Source: Bacteroidales bacterium (GTDB taxonomy: Bacteria > Bacteroidota > Bacteroidia > Bacteroidales > WCHB1-69). Taken from it: DNA of 34,390 nucleotides. The stretch covers positions 1-34,390 of the forward strand of contig JAAYQB010000006.1 of NCBI GenBank assembly GCA_012519525.1, in the 5' to 3' direction. The notes beneath the pieces were generated by a model. That model made no database searches, was not told the DNA's origin, and was given only the letters and a program-made list of their open reading frames with translations. Made by a program: the position numbers and the translations under genes. Positions 26,123-34,390 of the stretch are shown here, in pieces (positions within the stretch are counted from its first letter, which is position 1; each line of letters opens with the position of its first letter).

Positions 26123-27643
26123 CTATTTAAGCTGTAATAAAAAATTTAAAAACAGCTTATTATCACGTTGATAATTCAACTGCAAACGACATAAGGCTAA
26201 GTTTTTCTCAATCGAATGAGTCGAAAGTTGATTGTGTTTATTCTTTTTATAATACAAAAAATTACAGCCTTCGCTAAAATAAGTATCCAAAGCCGTAAAA
26301 TTAGTGTCGGCTGATAATAATTCATTGTCTTTTAATAAATTAATATAACGGCTAATAGCTTGTTTTGAGTCTGAAAACAACACATAATCATCAATAACCG
26401 TATAGGCTTTTATGCGTTTTATTTCTTTTGCCATTTGGAAGCGTGTCAGAAAAAAATTAGCCACATCAATTCCTCCTACCATCAAACCATTTTCATAAAA
26501 AGTATCAAGAAGATAAATATTGTTTTCAAAAGCACTATTTAAACAATTGTTCAGATGGAATTTAGCCTCTTCTATATCGTCCGACTTTATCAATATATAG
26601 CTTATCAGCGTATCTTCTTCCTCCAAGTGAAACGAAAAAACGGTATTCGGCTTCATCATCGTCATAAAATCCTCGCTCATACTTCTTTTCGATTGATACA
26701 ATGTAGATAAGGAAACAAAATCTTTTCCGAAAAAACCGGTGATAAAAGTCGTATTTTTAGGTAATAATTTAAGGTGAGTCGTAATCTGATTCGTATATTG
26801 ATAAAATTTATGCTGATGATGAGCCGTATCTAAAAACACATCACCCGAAAAGACTATTTTCCCATTTTTAAAACTCACATCTAATTCAGCCTTCTGAAAA
26901 ACCGATAAATACTCCCATAAATAATCGTCTATAAAACCGTACTTATTTTCAGATATATAATGATTAAAAATTGATTGACGCACCAATAAATGGACTGACG
27001 TATTGGTATTCGTTTTCCACCTCTCCATTGATTTCACAAAAAAAGAAGACGCATTTTCAGGCGGTTCTAACAATTGATTTAACGAAGCATACATAGATTG
27101 TTCGTCCGTTGCAAACAAAAGCAAACCATTGGTATAAGTGTAATAGATAGTTTTTTTATTGACTGTCATCTTCACGACTTCCCAGTGTTTATACAAAAAA
27201 CTTTGATTATTATATCGTTGCTGTAATGAATTGAGAAATTTGTTAATCGTAGCATTGTTCTTTTTTCCTATTTCCCACACATATAAATAAGAGAGCTTAC
27301 TGTCTTTATAAGCTAAAGAAATATACAAAGGATTGTTCCGAGTAATTGAGTGCATATAGGACAAGGAATCCGCATAATTAATGATAAATCGTAGGTCGGT
27401 CGCATTGTTCTTATCCAATAATGCATCTAAGTAAGCATAGTCATCATTATCTAATTCTTTAATTGAACGCAAATTATCGCACTTAACGACCATAAACGTG
27501 GAAGGCGTAATCAGTTCTACCATATCTTTATCCGGAATTTGCAAAAAACGATACGCTTTAACTAAAAAAAATACGATAATGCCTACTATCAATAACGTAA
27601 ACACCAAGGCGATGATTCGGATTGTATTTTTAGTTATTCGCAT
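26123..27643 (-). CDS. Membrane-anchored hypothetical protein (DUF3352-like)
   Basis: 506 aa with a single N-terminal TM helix and two related YxxxxxxLLF(A/S) segments (YTYTNGLLLFAT and YTVIDDYVLFSD). The family assignment is tentative. Confidence 0.6.
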   Translation of the reverse strand: MRITKNTIRIIALVFTLLIVGIIVFFLVKAYRFLQIPDKDMVELITPSTFMVVKCDNLRSIKELDNDDYAYLDALLDKNNATDLRFIINYADSLSYMHSITRNNPLYISLAYKDSKLSYLYVWEIGKKNNATINKFLNSLQQRYNNQSFLYKHWEVVKMTVNKKTIYYTYTNGLLLFATDEQSMYASLNQLLEPPENASSFFVKSMERWKTNTNTSVHLLVRQSIFNHYISENKYGFIDDYLWEYLSVFQKAELDVSFKNGKIVFSGDVFLDTAHHQHKFYQYTNQITTHLKLLPKNTTFITGFFGKDFVSLSTLYQSKRSMSEDFMTMMKPNTVFSFHLEEEDTLISYILIKSDDIEEAKFHLNNCLNSAFENNIYLLDTFYENGLMVGGIDVANFFLTRFQMAKEIKRIKAYTVIDDYVLFSDSKQAISRYINLLKDNELLSADTNFTALDTYFSEGCNFLYYKKNKHNQLSTHSIEKNLALCRLQLNYQRDNKLFLNFLLQLK

Positions 27644-27691
27644 TTTTTACAAATTCTTATTTATCAGCTATTTTAATATCAATATTTTTCG

Positions 27692-27699
27692 CAAAAATA
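27692..27699 (-). promoter_or_regulatory. -7 box TATTTTTG for the 26123-27643 gene
   Basis: caaaaata on +, about 50 nt upstream of the ATG. Confidence 0.55.
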
Positions 27700-27757
27700 C
27701 ATCTTTTTTCAAAACCTATTTTGAATTTTTAATAAATTTATAAACAAAAAAGTTAAC

Positions 27758-27806
27758 AATTACGAATGAACAATTAAAAATTACGAATTGACGCTTACGA
27801 ACTGAC
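27758..27806. repeat. Degenerate 7-bp tandem array, inverted copy of 21064-21098
   Basis: aattacg aatgaac aattaaa aattacg aattgac gcttacg aactgac. The first 35 bp match the reverse complement of 21064-21098 at 32 positions. Confidence 0.8.
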
Positions 27807-27850
27807 GCTTCGAGAACTTCGACAAGCTCAGTAACCAAACCTCAGCGTCC
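27807..27850. repeat. Nested REP-like motifs CTTCGA-nnn-CTCAG
   Basis: gcttcgagaa[cttcgacaagctcagtaacc]aaacctcagcgtcc. Confidence 0.6.
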
Positions 27851-28044
27851 GAAATCGCTACAAGAGGAAAGGCTGGATGGAGTAAAATCTGCTCATTAAG
27901 CAATGCACCTTAATTCATCCGATGAGTGAAAAAACAAACTCTTTCTTCTTTTTCGTATATTACATTTATATTACATTTTCTATAAGTTTGTGAAGTTATC
28001 AGTAAAATTTGTTCTTTTGTAAAAAATAAAAAGCGAAAAAAAAC

Positions 28045-29811
28045 ATGGGTGCCGGAGCAATTATTTTATCGGCAGGACAGATTATCGGAGCTTTAGCTTT
28101 GTTTCTTTTTGGAATAAAATATTTAAGCGAAGCTTTACAAAAACTTTCCGGTGAAAAACTACGACACGCACTGAGTTCTTTTACTTCCAATCGCTTTAAA
28201 GCTGCCCTAACGGGAGTTGTTGTTACAGCTACCATCCTATCTTCAACTGCCTCAACTGTTATGACTATCAATTTTGTCAATGCCGGCATTCTTAATTTAA
28301 CCAATGCTATCGGAGTGATTATGGGAGCTAATATCGGAACATCCGTAACCGCATGGATAATTACCGTATTTGGAGTAAAATACGACATTACGACTCTTAC
28401 CCTACCGATTATTGGTATTGGTTTTATTCTCATGTTCCTAAAACAAAAGCAAATAAAACATATAGGCGAATGTTTAATCGGTTTCGGATTGCTTTTTTTA
28501 GGATTTGTTTATTTAAAAAACGGCATTGGAAGTCTTGACTTAGCCAACAACGAAGCTTTCATTGAATTTACGAAAGGCTTTATCGTTGATGGTTCCGTAT
28601 CTTATAACACTATCTTGCTGTGTGTTTTAATAGGAACGATTGCCACCATTATTTTACAATCTTCGTCGGCTATGATGGCTATTACCATAGTGTTGTGCTG
28701 TGAAAACGTGATTCCTTTCGAGATGGGAGTAGCTTTGGTTTTGGGCGAAAACATCGGTACCACTTTTACCACTAATATAGCGTCAGCCATCGGAAACATA
28801 CAAGCCAAAAGAACAGCACGTTCCCATTTGATATTCAATATTTTTGGTGCTGTATGGGTGTTGATTTTCTTTCGATTAATTATTTCAATTATAGCTAAAC
28901 TTACTTTCAGTATCGAAAATCAATCCCCTTTAACAGAAGCCTGTGTTATGCCTTTCGGACTAGCTTTATTTCACACTTTATTCAACACTGTCAATGCATT
29001 GATACTGATATGGTTTATTCCTCAAATAGAAAAGCTATCCGGCTTCATAGTAAAACGCAAAGCATTGGATGAAGACGAAGTCTTTAAATTAGAATATATT
29101 TCCACCAGATTTGTTGAATTGGGCGAGATAGCGGTTGACCCGGCAAAAAAAGAAATACAAGTCTATGCAGGAAGAGTTTGTCGCATGTATGAGTTTGTTC
29201 CTCAATTGATGGATATAAAAGACAAAAAAACGTATCATCTCTTATTGGAAAGACTCGAACGCTACGAGCTGATTTCCGACCGTATGGAAATAGAAATTGC
29301 CAACTTTCTCACACGCATATCATCCAGTAATATAACTGCCGAAACATCCGTACGCATTAGGACTATGCTAACCATTATAGATAATATTGAAAGCATTGCA
29401 GACCAAAATTTTCAGTTGGCAAAAATGATAGATGAGAAAAACGAAAAGAAAATCTGGTTTAGCCCTGAAATGAGAGACAATCTCAAGAAAATGTTTGACT
29501 TAGTGAGAAATGCTTTGCAAATTATGAATAAAAATCTAAACGAACATTACAGTATGGTTGAAATAACGGCTGCTTTAGAAGCGGAAAACCTCATTAACGA
29601 ATACCGCAACAAATTACGTTTTCAACATTTAGAAGATTTGAAAAACAACGTTTATTCCTACGAAACAGGCATTTACTACAGTGGAATATATGCTTTATTA
29701 GAAAAAATCGGGGACTTTGTCATCAATATTACCGAAGCTATTGTTAATGCTAAACATACCAAAGACAATACAATTAGTCGTACGTTAACTACGAAAGAGG
29801 AAGAAAGCTAA
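28045..29811 (+). CDS. Na+/phosphate cotransporter family protein with PhoU-like C-terminal domain
   Basis: ILSSTAST...GVIMGANIGTSVTAW, ILQSSSA...LGENIGTTFT, ARSHLIFN, and a helical C-terminal domain with LEKIGDF. Confidence 0.92.
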   Translation: MGAGAIILSAGQIIGALALFLFGIKYLSEALQKLSGEKLRHALSSFTSNRFKAALTGVVVTATILSSTASTVMTINFVNAGILNLTNAIGVIMGANIGTSVTAWIITVFGVKYDITTLTLPIIGIGFILMFLKQKQIKHIGECLIGFGLLFLGFVYLKNGIGSLDLANNEAFIEFTKGFIVDGSVSYNTILLCVLIGTIATIILQSSSAMMAITIVLCCENVIPFEMGVALVLGENIGTTFTTNIASAIGNIQAKRTARSHLIFNIFGAVWVLIFFRLIISIIAKLTFSIENQSPLTEACVMPFGLALFHTLFNTVNALILIWFIPQIEKLSGFIVKRKALDEDEVFKLEYISTRFVELGEIAVDPAKKEIQVYAGRVCRMYEFVPQLMDIKDKKTYHLLLERLERYELISDRMEIEIANFLTRISSSNITAETSVRIRTMLTIIDNIESIADQNFQLAKMIDEKNEKKIWFSPEMRDNLKKMFDLVRNALQIMNKNLNEHYSMVEITAALEAENLINEYRNKLRFQHLEDLKNNVYSYETGIYYSGIYALLEKIGDFVINITEAIVNAKHTKDNTISRTLTTKEEES

Positions 29812-29813
29812 AA

Positions 29814-30938
29814 TTATTTTTTCACATCCAAACGTTCGGTAATTGTTTTAATGAAATTATTATTGCCGAAAAACTCTTTGGTAAATACTCTCACAAAAGT
29901 ATAAGCCGGGATTGCCAACATCATACCGGGAATTCCTGCTATCATACCCGCTAATAATACAATCAGAAATATTTCCAACGGATGTGCTTTCACCGACCTT
30001 GAAGCAATAAAAGGTTGTAAGATAAAGCTATCCAATAACCTCCAACCGACCGAACTCAAAGACACTTTTAATAAAACAACAGCAATATTAGCATCACCGC
30101 CAAGGATAAGTGTACTGCTCACAGCGATAAGACAAGCCGAAACAAGAGCAATAATAGAACCTATGTAAGGAATAATAATCATCAAACCGCTGATAACAGC
30201 TATCAATAAGGCATTAGGAATACCCAATAAAGTAAGAGTTACAAACTCTAACAATCCGACAATGAGCATTTCCAAAAACAATCCCACAAAATAATTGGAC
30301 AGCAATCGTTTCGAATTCGACATAATATTGGTTATCTCTGCTTGGTACTCATCGGGTACCATTCTAACTACTTTTTTTTGTACTTTGCCAAAATCAAGTA
30401 ACATAAAAAAAGCAATGAAAAAAATAGAAAATATGGCTAAAAACAAAGAGCCTATGCCTTGCAATACTCCACCGAAAATCGAAGATATATTAATTTTTCC
30501 TAAATATTTAGCCGTACTATCAATAAGTATATCTTTCACATTGTCATTATCATCAATCAAATTATAATCCTTAAGAGTAACATCTATTTTTTCTAAAGGA
30601 GCATCAACGACATTCGAAATCTGAAAATCTTTTATATTGCTCATCAAATTTATTTGATTAATAACGGGAGGAGCAACAACATACACAATGACTCCCAAGA
30701 TAAACATCAAAGCAAGAAGCGACAACATAGTCGTAACAGTATTGGATATACGATGGTTTTTGATGTGAATTTTTGATAAAAGATTTTTAAACGGCGAAGC
30801 TATCAATGCGAATATCAAGCCCAAAATAATATAAATAGTGAGCGTTGAAAAATACCATGCCAAAAAAACAACAATCGCTATTCCTAACAAAAGCGATATT
30901 TTCTTCACATTTAATAATGTACTTGATTTATTTACCAT
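29814..30938 (-). CDS. AI-2E (PerM/TqsA) family transporter
   Basis: Multiple TM helices; IIPYIGS and ILQPFIASRSVKAHPLEIFL...AGIPGMMLAIP. Confidence 0.9.
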   Translation of the reverse strand: MVNKSSTLLNVKKISLLLGIAIVVFLAWYFSTLTIYIILGLIFALIASPFKNLLSKIHIKNHRISNTVTTMLSLLALMFILGVIVYVVAPPVINQINLMSNIKDFQISNVVDAPLEKIDVTLKDYNLIDDNDNVKDILIDSTAKYLGKINISSIFGGVLQGIGSLFLAIFSIFFIAFFMLLDFGKVQKKVVRMVPDEYQAEITNIMSNSKRLLSNYFVGLFLEMLIVGLLEFVTLTLLGIPNALLIAVISGLMIIIPYIGSIIALVSACLIAVSSTLILGGDANIAVVLLKVSLSSVGWRLLDSFILQPFIASRSVKAHPLEIFLIVLLAGMIAGIPGMMLAIPAYTFVRVFTKEFFGNNNFIKTITERLDVKK

Positions 30939-30945
30939 AATATAA

Positions 30946-31968
30946 TTATTTTTTTTGAAGTTTATCCAAACGATTCAATGCCTCTATTGCCGGCATGTAT
31001 TTATCGTCTAATTTCAATGTATAAGCATAATCTTGGCGTGCATTATCGTATTGTTTTAGGTTTTCAAAAGCAATTCCTCTATTATAAATAGCATCAATAT
31101 AATTAGAATCAACTTCTATTGATTTCGTAAAAAAAGCGACCGCTTCGTCGTATTTTTCTTGTTCAACCATATAAATCCATCCTATATTATGCAAAGCATA
31201 TTTATAAGAAGGATTAATTTGTAAAATCATCTTATAGTGAGTAATTGCTTGCTCATCGTCGCCCGTTTCTTGATAAAACATCGCTAAATCATATAGTATT
31301 TGCACATTTTCGGGCTGTATATTAATTGCATTTTTATAATAATTGATAGCAAGCGGGTCTTTTTTACGATGGTACAACAAAGCCAATTCTTCATAAGCTT
31401 CAAAATAATCCGATTGCTGTTCTACCGCCATTAAATAAGAGCGTATAGCAGCATTCGTATCTTTTTCCTCCTTGTATATCCAGCCTCGAATAAAATAAGC
31501 TTTTGGATTATAAGAATCTATCAATAAAACCTTTTCTAAATATTCATGTGCTTTTTCATAACGCTTATGTAAGAAATGCAATTCCGCCAATTTCAGATAG
31601 GCTTCTTGGTTTTTACTATCCATAGCTATTACTTTTTCCAACATTTCTTCAGAGGCATCAATGTTTTTCATTGCAAAGTAAATATCAGACAGTTTTAAGT
31701 AATAAGTTGTATTATTTGAATCTAAACGCACCGCCTTCAGTATGGCATTGAGGGCGCTATCTACCATTAAAGCATTCAAATAATAATCGGAAAGTTCGCT
31801 ATAGTATAAAGGATTATTAGGATGTTTATCTATTTTTTTATAAATCTCAGCCAATGCTTCCGGCATATTTGCATATTTATCTTCCTTATTTTTTGAATAA
31901 CGACAATGAGTGAATGAAAACACAAACAGCAAGATAGCAAGTGTAAACAGCAAATGTTTTTTTAGCAT
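30946..31968 (-). CDS. Tetratricopeptide repeat protein, probable lipoprotein
   Basis: Signal ending FTHC; multiple 34-aa TPRs (AYLKLAEL, AYFIRGWIY, ALHNIGWIY, AIYNRGIAF). Confidence 0.88.
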   Translation of the reverse strand: MLKKHLLFTLAILLFVFSFTHCRYSKNKEDKYANMPEALAEIYKKIDKHPNNPLYYSELSDYYLNALMVDSALNAILKAVRLDSNNTTYYLKLSDIYFAMKNIDASEEMLEKVIAMDSKNQEAYLKLAELHFLHKRYEKAHEYLEKVLLIDSYNPKAYFIRGWIYKEEKDTNAAIRSYLMAVEQQSDYFEAYEELALLYHRKKDPLAINYYKNAINIQPENVQILYDLAMFYQETGDDEQAITHYKMILQINPSYKYALHNIGWIYMVEQEKYDEAVAFFTKSIEVDSNYIDAIYNRGIAFENLKQYDNARQDYAYTLKLDDKYMPAIEALNRLDKLQKK

Positions 31969-31970
31969 TC

Positions 31971-32981
31971 TTAGTCTAATTTAATCGCTTCTTTGATTTT
32001 AGTTTCTAATTCCGTCATCATATCGGGATTATCCAATAATACTTGTTTGGAGCTATCTCTCCCCTGCCCTAATTTGATTTCATCGTAAGAAAACCACGAA
32101 CCGCTTTTCTTAACAATATTGTATTCTACTCCTAAATCAATAATTTCGCCCACTTTTGATATGCCCTCTCCATAAATAATATCAAACTCTGCCGTTCGAA
32201 AAGGAGGTGCTACTTTATTCTTTATCACTTTCACTTTCACTCTATTACCAACAGCATTTTCGCCGTCTTTGAGTTGTGATTGTCTTCTTATATCCAAACG
32301 TACGGAAGCATAGAATTTCAATGCGTTTCCTCCTGTAGTTGTTTCAGGATTACCAAAAATTACTCCTATTTTTTCTCTTAACTGATTAATAAAAATACAA
32401 CAACAATTTGTTTTACTTATAGTTGATGTTAACTTTCGCAATGCCTGCGACATTAAACGAGCCTGCAATCCCATCTTTGAATCACCCATCTCGCCTTCGA
32501 TTTCACTTTTAGGTGTTAAAGCTGCTACCGAATCAATTACTATAATATCAATAGCGCCAGAGCGTATTAAATTATCCGTTATTTCGAGTGCTTGCTCTCC
32601 ATTATCAGGTTGCGATATCAATAAATTTTGAACATCAACGCCTAATTTTTCGGCATAAAATCTATCAAAAGCATGTTCGGCATCAATAAAAGCAGCAATA
32701 CCTCCGTTCTTTTGCGATTCTGCAATAGCATGCAATGCCAAAGTTGTTTTACCCGAAGCCTCAGGACCATATATCTCTATAACTCTTCCTTTAGGAAATC
32801 CGCCTACTCCCAAAGCAATATCTAAACCGATAGAACCCGACGATATAACATCCATGTTTTCAGATGGCTTATCACCTAACTTCATCACGGCACCTTTACC
32901 GTAAACTTTTTCTAAACGCTCTAAAGTTGAATGTAAAACTTTTAGTTTTTCCGTATTTTCCGTATTATTTTCTTTAGCCAT
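31971..32981 (-). CDS. recA: Recombinase RecA
   Basis: [64 protein letters not shown]. Confidence 0.99.
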   Translation of the reverse strand: MAKENNTENTEKLKVLHSTLERLEKVYGKGAVMKLGDKPSENMDVISSGSIGLDIALGVGGFPKGRVIEIYGPEASGKTTLALHAIAESQKNGGIAAFIDAEHAFDRFYAEKLGVDVQNLLISQPDNGEQALEITDNLIRSGAIDIIVIDSVAALTPKSEIEGEMGDSKMGLQARLMSQALRKLTSTISKTNCCCIFINQLREKIGVIFGNPETTTGGNALKFYASVRLDIRRQSQLKDGENAVGNRVKVKVIKNKVAPPFRTAEFDIIYGEGISKVGEIIDLGVEYNIVKKSGSWFSYDEIKLGQGRDSSKQVLLDNPDMMTELETKIKEAIKLD

Positions 32982-33020
32982 AATTATTTATCTTTTAATG
33001 TACATTAATTTGTGTTTCTA

Positions 33021-33028
33021 CAAAAGTA
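33021..33028 (-). promoter_or_regulatory. -7 box TACTTTTG for the recA operon
   Basis: caaaagta on +, about 40 nt upstream of the recA ATG. Confidence 0.6.
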
Positions 33029-33262
33029 TAAAATAATATTACACTTTTTCACTATTTAATCAAATTTTAATGTTTTTTATTGTTTTACCATCAATTTCAT
33101 CGTTCATTGAATTAGATAAAAAACTATCTAAAAAGCATTTTCTTTCATTATTTCAACTATTTGAACCATTTCAAGACATTTAAAAAAAGTAGTCTTACTT
33201 TTTTAAATGCAATTATTTTTTTAAAATTCACTTCTATTGACTATGAATTCAAAATAAAATAC

Positions 33263-33270
33263 TATTTTTG
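33263..33270 (+). promoter_or_regulatory. -7 box TATTTTTG upstream of the carbonic anhydrase
   Basis: TAnnTTTG followed by caa, about 110 nt upstream of the ATG at 33383. Confidence 0.55.
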
Positions 33271-33382
33271 CAAAAAATATATCTACTATTAAAAGATATT
33301 AAACAGGCTGACATTAAAGGTCATATTAAAAAAAGAAAGAAAAATAATCAATAGCTGTGTTAAACAATAAAAAAAGAGGATT

Positions 33383-34009
33383 ATGAAAAATTTAAATGAA
33401 GGTGCCGTCGCTTTTAGAAAGAAAGATTTTGACAAACATAAAGATTTATTTGGAGACTTAAGTAGTTCTCAAAAACCTCACACCATTTTTATTGGATGCT
33501 CGGATTCTCGTTTAGTACCATCGCTTATTACTTCTACTATTCCGGGCGAGTTATTTATAATACGTAGCGTTGCCAACATCATCCCGCCTTACAAAAAAGG
33601 CTCAAGCTATCCTGCTATCAGTGCGGCGATAGAATATGCCGTCTTAGCCTTAGGAGTTGAAAATATTATTGTCTGCGGACATTCGAATTGCGGAGGCTGT
33701 GCAGCTTTGTATAAAAGTGAAGAAGAGTTACAGCATTTACCCCATACCAACCTTTGGCTCGAATTATCGCGTCCGGTAAAAAATAAGGTAACGCAAATGA
33801 TTCCCAACGCCACACAAGCCGAACGAGAGTGGATGACTGAACAAATGAACATCGTACAACAAATCAGCCATTTATTTACTTATCCGTATATACTAGAGCG
33901 TTATAACAACGATACATTAAAAATCTTCGGATGGTATTATATCATTGAAACGGGCGAAATTTATAACTACGACGTTGATAAAGGTTATTTTGAATTGATT
34001 AATGGATAG
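33383..34009 (+). CDS. Beta-class carbonic anhydrase
   Basis: Zn ligands CSDSR and HSNCGG; PGELFIIRSVAN; AAIEYAV. Confidence 0.95.
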   Translation: MKNLNEGAVAFRKKDFDKHKDLFGDLSSSQKPHTIFIGCSDSRLVPSLITSTIPGELFIIRSVANIIPPYKKGSSYPAISAAIEYAVLALGVENIIVCGHSNCGGCAALYKSEEELQHLPHTNLWLELSRPVKNKVTQMIPNATQAEREWMTEQMNIVQQISHLFTYPYILERYNNDTLKIFGWYYIIETGEIYNYDVDKGYFELING

Positions 34010-34390
34010 CATTGTATAATTTAATAAAAGATTGAAACATTAAATACAAACTACTATATAAGCTATAAGCAATAGCAGATTCAGTGCAAAATTTAGACTT
34101 TGTAACCAAAAAAACAGTAGTGATATGCCGACAAAAAAACAAGAACAATCAAAGTTTACATAGAAATTCTGCATATAGTAAAGAAAAATAAGAAAAAATA
34201 GTAGAAAAAAATAAATGTGCAATAATTTAAATCAATCTGATAGACAATATTATGTCAATAAGAACAACTTTTTCGACTTGATATAAATAAAAATATCATA
34301 TATTATACTACTAAATATCAAACACATATAAACTAAACTAATTTTTTTTCAAAAAATATATAAATTCTCAAATAATATATAAAAAAAAAC

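Noticed and set aside
27999-28433. 144-aa minus-strand ORF
   Set aside because: Antisense shadow of the Na/Pi cotransporter.
34040-34260. 60-aa hydrophobic ORF and a weak dif/att-like motif (CTGATAGACAATATTATGTCAAT)
   Set aside because: Low-complexity T-rich translation. The motif is too degenerate, and no recombinase is visible before the window ends.

Overview
AT-rich Bacteroidota (probably Bacteroidales-like) chromosomal window. The assignment rests on ruvA-sprA synteny, TAnnTTTG -7 promoter boxes and Gln+1 signal peptides. Left to right it holds: two tandem-duplicated secreted beta-propeller repeat genes (the first runs off the left edge), ruvA, the T9SS translocon sprA/sov, rpmH (missed by the ORF track), mutS2, rplM-rpsI-rpsB-tsf, a UDG-family glycosylase and a DUF1015 protein. 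Next come two AT-rich exported small genes, a HhH/ComEA-like outer-membrane protein with a PorV/FadL-like barrel partner, an ECF sigma factor, DUF4831-like and DUF3352-like proteins, a Na/Pi cotransporter, an AI-2E transporter, a TPR protein, recA and a beta-carbonic anhydrase. Three signals stand out. (1) A cassette-like array at 19.66-21.0 kb, where three identical 25-bp promoter-containing repeats delimit ~630-650 bp modules carrying unrelated exported genes with a shared 3' end motif. (2) Diversifying tandem propeller paralogs duplicated together with their promoters; the complete copy has 14 blades and no T9SS C-terminal domain. (3) Three intergenic patches (3.64-3.74, 20.99-21.27 and 27.75-27.93 kb) built from shared REP-like palindromes, 7-bp periodic arrays and possible IS-end remnants. 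All family names come from motif recognition by eye, not database searches.
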